Shown: piece by piece, positions 14,879 through 25,740 of the stretch
Numbering within the stretch: position 1 is the first letter of the stretch
How the letters are laid out: each line of letters begins with the position of its first letter
Source: Felis catus
Taxonomy: Eukaryota
Assembly (NCBI RefSeq): GCF_018350175.1
Contig: NC_058368.1
Coordinates: 211,360,001-211,424,000, forward strand
Length of the DNA stretch: 64,000 nucleotides
Direction of reading: 5' to 3'
Program-made: the position numbers and the translations under genes
Notes under the pieces: model-generated
The model's input: only the letters and a program-made list of their open reading frames with translations
Databases searched by the model: none
What the model was told of the DNA's origin: nothing

Positions 14879-15114
14879 TTTTTATTTATTTATTTTTTTA
14901 ATTCTTTTTTTTCAACGTTTATTTATTTTTGGGACAGAGAGAGACAGAGCATGAACGGGGGAGGGGCAGAGAGAGAGGGAGACACAGAATCGGAAACAGG
15001 CTCCAGGCTCTGAGCCATCAGCCCAGAGCCCGACGCGGGGCTCGAACTCACGGACCGCGAGATCGTGACCTGGCTGAAGTCAGGCGCTTACCGACTGCGC
15101 CACCCAGGCGCCCC
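14879..15114 (-). mobile_element. Young feline SINEC_Fc-type SINE
   Basis: CpG-intact; ggggcgcctgggtggcgcagtcgg head; tcagccaggtcacgatc diagnostic segment. Confidence 0.93.
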
Positions 15115-16368
15115 TTTCATTACCATTTTAAGTAACAAACCCATACCTTGATTTCTTGTCCCATCACCTACAGACATTACCTTCCAACTCTGAGTCCCAG
15201 GCCCTTCTTTCAGCTCTTCTCCCAACCCATATTTTCAGATTTCCAGGAAACACTGCCTTCGGTCAAACCATCCCCTGGGCCATCTTCTGTCCACCATGAT
15301 GCTCTTCCTCTTCCCTCTACTGTTAAGTTCACTTTTCCCAATTCCATTCCTTTAGGATCCAGCTAAAATCCAGGCTTCTGTGCCAACGGGAAGCCTCGCT
15401 GCCTCTCAAGACACAGTGAAAACTCCCTCCCCTGAATCCCTGGGGCATTTGTAAGTTGTTCTATCAATCCAACTACCAATTGTGTATGTTCTGCTGTTTG
15501 GTTTGCACTTGTAGTTGCCTTTTCCTGGCGTAGGGCATATTTTCCCAGCAACACTCTTGAAGTCTCTTAGCATTTCAGAATCTTACTATGGTGACCTGCA
15601 TGTACTGGAGACTCTATAAATGCGCTTACTGATTAGTGCTAATGTGTAAACCTCTTATAAACCTCAAAAAGCTGACATTCGACTACAGCCTTAGTTTCCC
15701 AGTCTGTAAGATCAGATTACTTCACAAAGGTCACACAGGCCTGAACTACCACCAAATAAAACATCCAAAGGAAACCTACTTCTAAGTACACATACAAACT
15801 TCACTAGGGAAGACACCCAATTAAAACTCAATCTGCAGAACATCCAAAGTGGAGTACAGAGTTTGTACTTCAACAGCTTACTTGGAGAGGGAAAAAAAAA
15901 AAAAAAGGCACAGCTATTTAAAAGACATTTTACTAGTTTGTCTAAATTTCAATAAGGGTCCATAAATTACACGTGGGTAGCTGGGACTCCGTGATGAAGT
16001 TAAAATCCAGCTAGCTGAGCGGCCGGGACTCAAGCAAGGGCCAAGCCAGAGAACCCACGACTCCTCTTTCGGTGGTGTTGGCGAAGGGGTGAGAGGAGCG
16101 GGTGAAGTCGGTACAGTGTTGTCCTTCCCATCAGGTGGCTTCGCGGGAAGCGTCGGGTGGGGTAGGGGGGTCTGGGAGGGGACGGGGTGCTGGGGGCTCC
16201 AGCGAAGCCTAGGGTAGAGGGATGCATCCACTGAGGCGCGGAGCGGACGCCCAGCGAGAGGAGCACTGCGCAGGGGCACCTGGCGGGGACCGGGCCGGTC
16301 TCCAGGACGAGGGAAGTTACAGGTTCCGTAGGTCGAGACTGGCCAGGGTCTCGGAGTTATTCCGGGGA

Positions 16369-16404
16369 GAAGGGTGGGAAGGGTGGGAAGGGTGGGAAGG
16401 GTGG
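16369..16404 (+). repeat. (GAAGGGTGG)4 tandem repeat in DNAJC21 intron 1
   Basis: four exact 9-bp units read directly. Confidence 0.9.
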
Positions 16405-16445
16405 AGGGGCTTTTGCGAGGGCTGCGGTGGTTGCGGAGTAGTTAC

Positions 16446-16542
16446 CCGGGTGCCATTTCAGGGCCAGCTTCCGATAGGCCTTCTTGAGCTCCTCTTCGCT
16501 GGCGTCGCGCCGCACCCCTAGCGCCTCGTAGTGACACTTCAT
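16446..16542 (-). CDS. DNAJC21: DNAJC21 coding exon 1 (97 bp; start of J-domain)
   Basis: ATG at 16542; [32 protein letters not shown]; donor G|GTAAC; lies in a CpG island; the HPD motif is completed across the splice to exon 2. Confidence 0.97.
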
Positions 16543-16839
16543 CGCCCGACCGGGCAGGGGGCTGGGGCCGGGGCCCGGGGCGGGGCCGGGGCCCGGGCCC
16601 GGGCCGAAGTGGTGGCGACGGCGCTGCTGATTCTCTTCGGCGGCGGGAGTCCGGCGCCCGCACTGGGCCAGCCAGCGAGCGCGGCGGCGGCGGCGGCAGC
16701 GGCGCCGGACGGCGGAGGCGCGCGGCGGCGACAGGCGGCGCGGGCTGCGGCACGCGGGCGCAAGGAGGGGGCGGCGCCGGCGGCCGCGGCTCCGCATGGG
16801 CGGGGGGGAGGGCTCGGTTCCGGGAAAAGCTACGCGAGA

Positions 16840-16972
16840 GGGAGGCGGGGCCACGGCGGGTGGGAGGCGGAGCCGCGGCCGGATGGAGGCAGGGCCACGG
16901 CAGGTGCGAGGCGGGGCCGCGGCGGGATGAAGGCGGGGCCGCCCGCAGGTGGGAGGCGGGGTCACGGTAGGC
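16840..16972 (+). repeat. 22-bp GC-box minisatellite, 6 units (consensus GGGAGGCGGGGCCRCGGCRGGT)
   Basis: units start at 16840, 16862, 16884, 16906, 16928 (23 bp) and 16951. Confidence 0.85.
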
Positions 16973-18553
16973 GTCATTGTGAGGGGCACAGAAGGCGGTC
17001 CGTGTAAGGTGCACCTACTGGGCAGCCCACCTGAGGGCTGACAGGAGTCTGATGGGATTCTGGAAAACATCTTGTTTTCTGAAGATAATTCCTCAGCAGA
17101 GCCTGTTTTTACAGACGAGGCAACCCGGGCTCTAAGTAGTCAAGTGACTTGCTCAGGCCTCCCCAACTAATCAATGGCTGGATTCAGTTGGATGGAACAC
17201 CAGGTTTTTTAACTCTTCAATTCTCTTTTTCAGATGCCAATTATCGCAGTCTCTAACATTGTTCATCCTGACCCACATGCAGAGAAATAACAGTAAATAT
17301 AAGCCTTAAACTGGAACACTGTGAGAGAGCACCAAGACATTTAAGTAACATACCAAATGTTTTACCACCAGTATGGATAAAATTGTGCTGACCCATCCAT
17401 CCATCACTCTTTAATCCTAACTTTCTGGCTTCTCATCCTACATTTCCAAGATTGGTAAAGAATGCAGTTAAGGGATTGTATTTAACCAATTTTTGTTAAT
17501 CCAACCCGTACACTATTACAGGATGGACGATCTGTACAACTGTTCCAATTTGAGGTGTCAAAATAGTATCCTAATTGTCATTAAAATATATTGGTGAAAT
17601 ATATACACCAACATTATTTCATTGCAATGTGGAATGTTTACGTACATCAGTTGTTAGGTGTAGATTTTGTCAACCATGTACAGTTAGAGAAGGGGGTGGC
17701 TCTATTGCTAAGATCTATTGTACAAGGTGGTCCCTTGCTTAATAGCCTGCCCCCTGCACCTTATCAAAACAAGCCAACCCTAAACCTCATTTTCCCCACA
17801 CAGTCCAACCAACTCACACTCAAAATTCATACTCCTGCCTCTTTTTCAAAGAAGGAAGATACTATACAGCCTTAGTTTGTAAACTGGCAATGGAGAGGGA
17901 TTGAAGAGTTTCACTACAGGGAAAAATGGAAACTTTCCCCTTTGGAGAATGGGACTGGGGGCAAGGAGACAAAAATTGACACAGAGCTTTTTTTTTCCTC
18001 CGACTACATCTGGCTTTGCTTACAACCTGCCATTTATTTGCCTTTCTCCTCCTGAGAGAAGAGGGATGTTTTTCCTGTAATATTGTATAGAGATGTAAAG
18101 ACAATTACACTGGATATAAATTTGTTTAAAGGATTACCTTTATTATGTAAGTTGACTTCTAAATGGACAGGACTTGAGAGAGGAGTTCTCATTCAAATGA
18201 GGCACCCACATAAATGACTGCGAAAGGTAATTTGGGATAGGAAAATATGTAGAAACTGATAATCAAACTTGTTGAATGGAAATTCCACTACAACTCTAAA
18301 ACACCTCCAAAAGTGTTAAAAATTTGGGTCTTCACTCAAACTCCTAACTTGTTGAGCCAGTTTTTCTTATAACCTATAATTAACTTATTAGGATATGGGT
18401 GTTTAAATTCAAATCATGAATACAACTTCTTTTCATCCTGGGATATATTTAATTGCCTAAATAAATAAGCTACTTACCCCCCCCCCCCCCCCCCCCGCAC
18501 TTAACCAGATTTAGCCTTCATTAACCACACACAAGTATTTAAACTGAACCTCT

Positions 18554-18697
18554 GGGGGGCGCCTGGGTCAGTCAAACATCTGACTCTTGATCTCACGGTT
18601 TGTGGGTTCGAGCCCAACACTGGGCTCTGCGCTGACAGCCTGGAGCCTGCCTGGGATCCTCTCTCCCTCTCTCTCTCAAAATAAATTAACAAAAAAA
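18554..18697 (+). mobile_element. Short or internally deleted Can-SINE
   Basis: ggggcgcctgggtcagtc...gggttcgagccc...aaaataaa. Confidence 0.85.
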
Positions 18698-19819
18698 TAT
18701 GAACCTCTGAATTACCTGTTTTAGATTTCAAGATAGCCTAATTCAGACTTTCAAAATAAAGTAGCCTAATTGCACATTCAAGACGTTTCTTTGAAGATAA
18801 TTAAAAAGTAAATATAGTGGAAATCTGTTTGTTCTGCCTAGATTTAAAATACAGAACAAAATTAAAATACAAGTGAGGAACTAGGAAAGATGTCTAGGAT
18901 AACCTTGCTGTGTAACACCTTTGACAAATTAGTAAAAGAGAACTACCACACAAAAACAAGGTTAGTCACAAAATAAAAACCAATACCCAGCCAAAAAAAA
19001 GGTATTCCTTTTTTAACCTACCAAATTAACAAAAAATTTTCCCTGTTGTCCAGGGTGAAAGTAAATAAATGAACACTAAACTTGGTGAAGTACAGTATTT
19101 AGGGGAACCACAAGGTTATTGCACCATTAATGTTGCAGGATGGTCAAACAGCTCTTTCATAAGGGGAGAAACTTAGATGTTCTGCTGCCCTCTAACTACT
19201 GTTCGTTCCATTTTTCTTCCTGCTAATTTATTAAGTAATTTATACCCACTGCTTCTAAATTAAATCTCTAATCCACAAAATACTTTCAACACATGTTATT
19301 AACCCATTTGATTCTCAAAATCTAAGAATTTTAATTGTATTCTTTCTTGAGGTGAGAAAACAAGATCAGAGATTGGCTTTTCCAACACCTCATTAATTGG
19401 GGACTTGGTGACTCCAACTTCAGTTAAGATGCTTTCCTTACCTGCACTTTACCATCTAAAACTAAGCTCTCAAAGTGCCTGATGCATTGTTTTACAAGTA
19501 ATAATGACCCAATAAATCTGTTTCAATTTCAGCTTTGTTAACCCCCAAATTTTAATCCAAGACAGCAGGCCTAAACCTTAAGTGTGCTAAATTTTTAGTA
19601 ATACCACATAAGCTTTGAAAAAAACCCCAGAAATTGACGAGTTCTGGGGATATTTAGAAAAACACACACACACACACACCACTGAAGCCACAAATTTTGA
19701 TTTTTCTTTGTCTTACATGCCACACTAATAAGATATAAGGTAGTCCTGGATAATAAAAGTATTTACACGTTGAATACAAAATAAATACAAAATTACTGAA
19801 AAGTTAGTTATCCACTGAT

Positions 19820-20089
19820 TCATTTTGTATTCCCACTGTTCATCTTCTGTTTCATTTTTCTTTGCCTTTTGTAAATCCTTTTCTTTCTTGCTTTCAAATC
19901 AACTTTTGGCTCTGGTTTTACCCACTGTATTTCTATTGGCTTTTCCTCAGCTGGTATAACAAAAACATCTGCAGTGGGATCATGTGGAAGAACAGTCTTT
20001 GGTTCCTTCTTTTTCATTTTCTGTGCATCTTTCACCTGTTGTTTCTCTTTGTATTTTGCAGCTGTGATGGATCTTATGACACGCCGATG
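19820..20089 (-). CDS. BRIX1: BRIX1 last coding exon 10 (270 bp including TGA)
   Basis: HRRVIRSITAAKYKEKQQVKDAQKMKKKEPKTVLPHDPTADVF...KQKMNSGNTK*; the ten exons sum to 1062 bp = 353 aa + stop. Confidence 0.96.
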   Translation of the reverse strand, partial: HRRVIRSITAAKYKEKQQVKDAQKMKKKEPKTVLPHDPTADVFVIPAEEKPIEIQWVKPEPKVDLKARKKRIYKRQRKMKQKMNSGNTK

Positions 20090-20336
20090 CTAAAAAACAA
20101 AAAAATATCATCAGATACTTTCAAACTAAAAATAAACATTATATACGGTGAGGACATTCACTTGTGAATCGTATTTTCCCCTTCACTCATGTCATTAAAA
20201 AAAGTAGTAATCTGCAAGGCTGTATGCAGCAAAAAACAAATTAAGTTTCATGGTTTAACAGAAATCACTTGACAGAATTACTTTGGCCAGAGTTCCCTGG
20301 GCACTGAGAAACCACTAAACAACAAAAATAGCTTAC

Positions 20337-20465
20337 CATGTTTGGGGACTGGTAGTGAGGATTTTCATACAGAGTTGGTCCTCCAAAACTTCCCTGGAAA
20401 ATCTTTATCAGATTTAAGACGAAACGAGGTCCTATTTCTACAAGAGCTGCATCTTCTTCTATGAT
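20337..20465 (-). CDS. BRIX1: BRIX1 exon 9 (129 bp; Brix EIGPRF motif)
   Basis: IIEEDAALVEIGPRFVLNLIKIFQGSFGGPTLYENPHYQSPNM. Confidence 0.96.
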
Positions 20466-21092
20466 CTTTAATACAAAGGAAATATTTCATTTTGGTTTGG
20501 ATATACTGTTCCTAAAAGTTACCCTGGCTCTACCCTCATTACAAATATGCCTAAAAGAAGTGAAAGCCAATTAAGGTGGAAGTGAAAACTTGGCCAAATT
20601 ATCAGTATTTTCTGAAATATATTACTAGGTACTGGTAATTGTCATGGGAAAATATTTACATTTTTTTCAGCGTGTTCTTTTAAAATTGAGTAATTTCAAT
20701 TTGGTCTTTACCTGGCTTCTCACAATGCACGTATTCTTGAAAAACTGTGGTTAAATCAATGTTTAAAAATGCGATCACTATAACAAAATGTATTAAAGCA
20801 CCCTATGGGGGAACCCTTTTAAAATTTAAGCCAACCCCTAAATTGTATTTATACATCTAATTCAAATTAGATTGAGGTATATAAAAGGATACATGTCCAA
20901 ATTTATTTTTGAATGGCTGCTGACTGTCAAATTAAGAGGCAACTTCTGAGCTACAAATACTAACAGTGTTGGTTCAGGTATGTCTGTCCTCAGAGGTTAA
21001 GGGGATACGTTTAACTTACACTGCAAGGTATCCAATAGAGCAACAATGCAGAAAACAGCCTAGGTTTTTACCTTTTTTTTTTTTTTTTTTTA

Positions 21093-21659
21093 GGGGTACC
21101 CGGGTGGCTTAGTTGGTTAAACATCCAACATTAGCTCAGGATCTCATGGCTCATGAGTTGGAGCCCCCATGTTGAGCATTCTGCTGACAGCTCAGAGGCT
21201 GGAGCCTGCTTGGGATTCTGTGTCTCTGTCTCTCTATGTGTCTCTATGTGATAAATAAACATTTAAGAAAACTTAAAAATTAATGAAAATAAAAACAAAA
21301 TTATTTTTGAGAAAGAGAGCACGGGAGCAGGGAGGGCAGAGAGGGTTTGAAGCAGGCTCTGCACTGATAACAGCAAGCCCAATGTGGGGCTCAAACTCAT
21401 GATCTGTGAGATCATGACCTGAGCCAAAGTCGGATGCATAACCGACTGAGCCAACCAGATAACTGGTTTTTAATGTTTTTTATATTTTGAGAGAAAGAGT
21501 AAGCAGGCGGAGGGTCAGAGAGAAGGGTGGGGAGACAGGATCTGAAGCGGGCTCTGTGCTGACAGGATGACAGCAGTGAGCTGGATGCAGGGTTCAAACT
21601 GGGAAATCATGACCTGAGTCGAAGTCGGATGCTCAACTGACTGAACGACCCAGGTGTCC
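21093..21659. mobile_element. Cluster of three Can-SINEs (+ 21093-21300; - 21301-21457; - 21466-21659) in BRIX1 intron 8
   Basis: three SINE heads; the cluster is bounded by the repeat aaaacagcctaggtt (about 21052 and 21663). Confidence 0.85.
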
Positions 21660-22035
21660 AAAAAACAGCCTAGGTTACTTTCAATGCTGTCTGAAGTGGT
21701 CTTGCTGTTCTTTCTACCTCTCCACTTTTCTGCAGACTTACCATCCTGCCAAACTCCTGCTTCAAGATTTCCAGAGTCACCTCTCCTAAAACACTGTATG
21801 ATTCACCTTATAGTTCCCATTGAATGAATTCAACAGGGACCATGTTTTTCGAAGTCTTAATACCCTCTACCCCCAGATTCCAACCTCTGGAGAGAAACTT
21901 TTATTTTACTGAATATATAGTTGCTTGTTAGAAAAACCTTACTCCATAACAACTGATAGCCATGTAGAGAAGTATGAGACAGTAGTTAATTGCTACAAGT
22001 CTGTCGGGGCAAAAAGCTATTTAAAACAAAACGAA

Positions 22036-22240
22036 GTCGGTTAGGCGTCCGACTTCAGCTCAGGTCACAATCTCGTGGTCTGTGGGTTCGAGCCCCACGT
22101 CAGGCTCTGGGCTGATGGCTCAGAGCCTGGAGCTTGCTTCCGATTCTGTGTCTCCCTCTCTCTCTGCCCCTCCCCCATTCATGCTCTGTCTCTCTCTGTC
22201 TCAAAAATAAATAAACGTTAAAAAAAATAAAATAAAACAA
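22036..22240 (+). mobile_element. 5'-clipped feline Can-SINE
   Basis: starts at gtcggttaggcgtccgac; flanking taaaacaaaa(c/t)gaa. Confidence 0.9.
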
Positions 22241-22322
22241 AATGAATTATTATTTACATTTTCACAAACATTATATATCCTACTTCATTTCAAAGTGTAA
22301 CTAAAAATTAATTAAAGCTAAC

Positions 22323-22424
22323 CTGAAAGTTCCGAAACCATATCCTATTATCCAAAATGGTGAAAGTAAACACATGGTCCACAAATGGCTGGCTTTTGGG
22401 ATGATACCGTGGTGTACTAAAGAT
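22323..22424 (-). CDS. BRIX1: BRIX1 exon 8 (102 bp)
   Basis: IFSTPRYHPKSQPFVDHVFTFTILDNRIWFRNFQ. Confidence 0.96.
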
Positions 22425-22565
22425 CTAGTAAAAATAAAAATAAATGATATGTCAGTTTCTTATTCTGCCACATTCCATGTATGTTTTAGATAGCTAAATT
22501 AACAAAAAGTCCAAAGGAGACACTCATTTATATTACTAAAAATACTTTCTAGAAAAGATAGTTAC

Positions 22566-22616
22566 CTGAATTAAGAGTTCTTTTAACAGAGCATAATGCG
22601 GTAATTCATCAAAAGC
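22566..22616 (-). CDS. BRIX1: BRIX1 exon 7 (51 bp)
   Basis: AFDELPHYALLKELLIQ. Confidence 0.95.
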
Positions 22617-22775
22617 CTATTAAAAAAATAAAGTGAACATATTATTTGACAACAGTGTTTTGTTTAAAATTGTGGATTTTTAGAAAATTTTAACTCAATT
22701 ACACAACTATATCCACTAAAAAACAACCATGCAGAGTAAGAAAATTAGACCTCATACACTAAATGAGATACTTAC

Positions 22776-22849
22776 AGGGTCAAAAGACAAAAGGGGCCGA
22801 GAACCTTTCAAACAGTTTCCAGTCATCTTCAGTTCAGCTAGGGTATGAA
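22776..22849 (-). CDS. BRIX1: BRIX1 exon 6 (74 bp)
   Basis: (I)HTLAELKMTGNCLKGSRPLLSFDP. Confidence 0.95.
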
Positions 22850-22955
22850 CTAGAAAAATTATAACAATAAAAACAGTTATAAGTTTAGCACAATTATCCC
22901 AAAAGAGCATTTTCAATTTTGTCATAAAAAAAAATCTTAAATGGAGTCAACTTAC

Positions 22956-23005
22956 TATTTTGAACAAGGAATTTAGCAGATGGTCCATGAGGTGAATTTG
23001 AAAGC
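22956..23005 (-). CDS. BRIX1: BRIX1 exon 5 (50 bp)
   Basis: (W)LSNSPHGPSAKFLVQN(I). Confidence 0.95.
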
Positions 23006-23279
23006 CTGAAAAATATGGAGTTTTTTCAACTAATTAGAATTTAGAATGTTGTAAATTCTTATTACTTCATGGTTTAAAAAACACCGTAACGTGCTTGTAA
23101 TATCCACACATTTAATTTTCTTTAAAAGTTTTGACTTTCGTGAAATCAAATGAGTTTGCTTCATCCCGTGGCCCAGTCTTTTTATATAAAAGACTGAAAG
23201 AGATATATAACCTAAGAGATGCAAATAATCCATTTACAAGAACAGTTCCACCAAAATCTTACTTAATACATACTCTTAC

Positions 23280-23350
23280 CACATATAGAGATCCTGTTTT
23301 TTCTTAGCTTCAAAATAGATACATTTATTGCAGTTTTTCATTTCACAAAC
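23280..23350 (-). CDS. BRIX1: BRIX1 exon 4 (71 bp)
   Basis: VCEMKNCNKCIYFEAKKKQDLYM(W). Confidence 0.95.
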
Positions 23351-23605
23351 CTAAACAAAGTATAGAAAAATGAAATAGACAATACAAATGAGAACCAAAG
23401 CAATTCAATGCAATTAATATCTAGACTCCTCCAAAAAACTTAAGCAGATTAATAGGCTACAAAGGTCTAAATCTAGGTAAATTCACCAAAACACCCATTT
23501 AAAGTTCCTCTTAGGTATTCTGCGTAAGGTAAACTAGATACTCTGGCCTCTTCTCTGTTTACTGGCAACCTCTTCTTCCGACCATACTCCCAGGTACAGC
23601 CTACA

Positions 23606-23648
<43 letters not shown>

Positions 23649-23736
23649 CTAGGGATAAAGCACACTACAATCAGCCTCACTGATCTTAGGAAAATATGGT
23701 CCTTAAAGAACCAAATACATCCTTTATAAGGGCTAT

Positions 23737-24161
23737 TTTTATTATTATTTTTTTACTTGAGAGAGAGAGAGAGAAAGAGTGCATGTGTGGGAGACAGGGG
23801 CATAGGGAGAGAGAGAGTGAGAATCTTAAGCATGCTCCAGCTCGGCACAGAACCTGATGTGGGGCTCGATCTCACAACCCTGGGATCGTGACCTGAGCCG
23901 AAATCCAGAGACAGACACTGAGCCACCCAGGGACCCCTATGATGGTTATTCTAATTTTTTTAAATGTTTATTTATTTTTGAGAGAGAAACAGAGTGAGAG
24001 CGGGGTAGGGGCAGAGAGAAAAAGGAGACACAGAATCTGAAGCAGGCTCCAGGCTCTGTACTGTCAGCACAGAGCCCGAAGTGGGGCTCGAACTCAAACC
24101 GTGAGATCATGACCTAAGCTGCATTTGGGACGTTTAACCAACTGAGCCACCCAGGCGCCCC
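23737..24161 (-). mobile_element. Two tandem Can-SINEs (23737-23937 and 23955-24161)
   Basis: two reverse-strand heads ending ...gagccacccagg. Confidence 0.9.
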
Positions 24162-25279
24162 TAGTTATTTTTATTTTTAACTCTTCAGCGTTTTGATTTG
24201 AAGCTCAAGAAATTTAAGATTTTTTTTCCTCATCTGTACTCAGTTTTGCAAAGTCACTAAAGGACTAGTGAAAGGGAGAAATACAGAAAACCTATTTCCA
24301 GTTGAATTAAACTTCAACATCCTGAAGGTTTATATTACTGTAATATTCATAAATCAATATATATTCATCAACTCTCAACTACTTGAGACTTTTAACCTAA
24401 CAACTTAAAGTGATAGGTCCAATGCTTTTGTTTCTTATTGGTCTTAGAACAATAACACTAAGTTGGTTGTTTTCTAGTCAAGCCTCAGTTACTGGAAACT
24501 CATACCCTGTTTTTTTTTCCACCTATCTTCACTTGGAATTATACTTGTTCATGAACTGAATCCCCCATTAGAATGTGAGCCCCAGTGGACACAGAGGTGT
24601 TGTTTTGTTAAACAGTTTCCACAGCACTAGAATAATGCACTAGAATATATAGCAGACGTTCAAATATCTGTGCTAAATAAGCCTTTCTAATAGGAAAAGA
24701 AAATTATCTGAAAACACTTCTAAATTTTAAAAAATTTGCTTAAAAATTTAAGCTCAGTATCTTCAACAATACTTGGAAAAGTAACCTATTATTAACTTAT
24801 AGTATCTTAAGAGCAAATACCACGTGTTTCACTTTTAATACTGGCAAAATACTTTTTTAAAATGTGTGGTTTTAAAAATAATTAATGAATTTTTAATTTA
24901 CTTTGTACATGTTGACAGTTTTTTTTTAACAAGCACTTACTGTGAATTTAGCACTGTACTGTACATGATAAGAAAAAAAAGGATAAGATAAAATCCTTGT
25001 GCTCCAGAAATTTCAGTATGTTTGGTGAGATAAGACAAATATATGAATGATTAAGAAATATATATAGTGAAGCACTAAACTGTGAGATATAGATAGTGAG
25101 GATACAAAAATTTGTAAGGCAGATTATTGAAGAGTTAATAAAATTTGAGTATCTTTTACAAAACAATTTAAAAGTCACTGAGTAACAGATTTATTCTTTA
25201 AATGAACTATCTTTCGTGTTCCAAAATATTGTTCCTAGTGTTCCTAGAATATTTTACTTGAATTACTATCTAAAATTAC

Positions 25280-25323
25280 CTCATTAATCACAAATAACTT
25301 GTCTTTACGATCCATTTTCGTAT
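25280..25323 (-). CDS. BRIX1: BRIX1 exon 3 (44 bp)
   Basis: (D)TKMDRKDKLFVINE; ttttag|AT and GAG|GTAAT. Confidence 0.94.
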
Positions 25324-25434
25324 CTAAAAAAGAAAAAATAAGATTTCAAAGTTAATTAAAACAAATCGCATTCTTTCTGAAAAAGTACTGTTTTTACAAT
25401 CGTCAGTTTAAGAGATTTTATTAATTAAAAAAAA

Positions 25435-25640
25435 TTTTTTTTCATGGTTTTATTTTTGAGAGAGAGAGACAGTTGTGAGCGGGGAAGGCACAGAGAGAGA
25501 GGGAAAAACAGAATCTGAAGCAGGCTCCAGACTCCGAGCTGTCAGTACAGAGCCCAACGTGGGGCTCGAACTCACGAACCATGAGATCATAACCTGAGCC
25601 AAAGGTGGATGCTTAACCAACTGAGCCACCCAGGCTCCCC
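25435..25640 (-). mobile_element. Can-SINE
   Basis: complete reverse-strand copy. Confidence 0.92.
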
Positions 25641-25740
25641 AGACTTCATTAATTTTCAAAATTATTAGACCTAAAAACACATGACCATTTAAAAAATGTT
25701 CACTTTTTATAAAAAATGACTGATTAAAGACAGTCCTCAA

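Larger units (their letters stand above)
16150..17010. promoter_or_regulatory. DNAJC21: CpG-island promoter, 5'UTR and exon 1 of DNAJC21
   Basis: very high GC and CpG density compared with CpG-depleted flanks; multiple GGGGCGG/GAGGCGGGG boxes; no TATA box seen. Confidence 0.9.

Noticed and set aside
16840..16972. Regularly spaced repeats considered as a CRISPR-like array
   Set aside because: Head-to-tail minisatellite with no unique spacers, no cas genes, mammalian context
15914..17014. Multiple long ORFs on both strands around the DNAJC21 promoter
   Set aside because: Stop-codon scarcity in a very GC-rich island; only 16446-16542 is supported as coding
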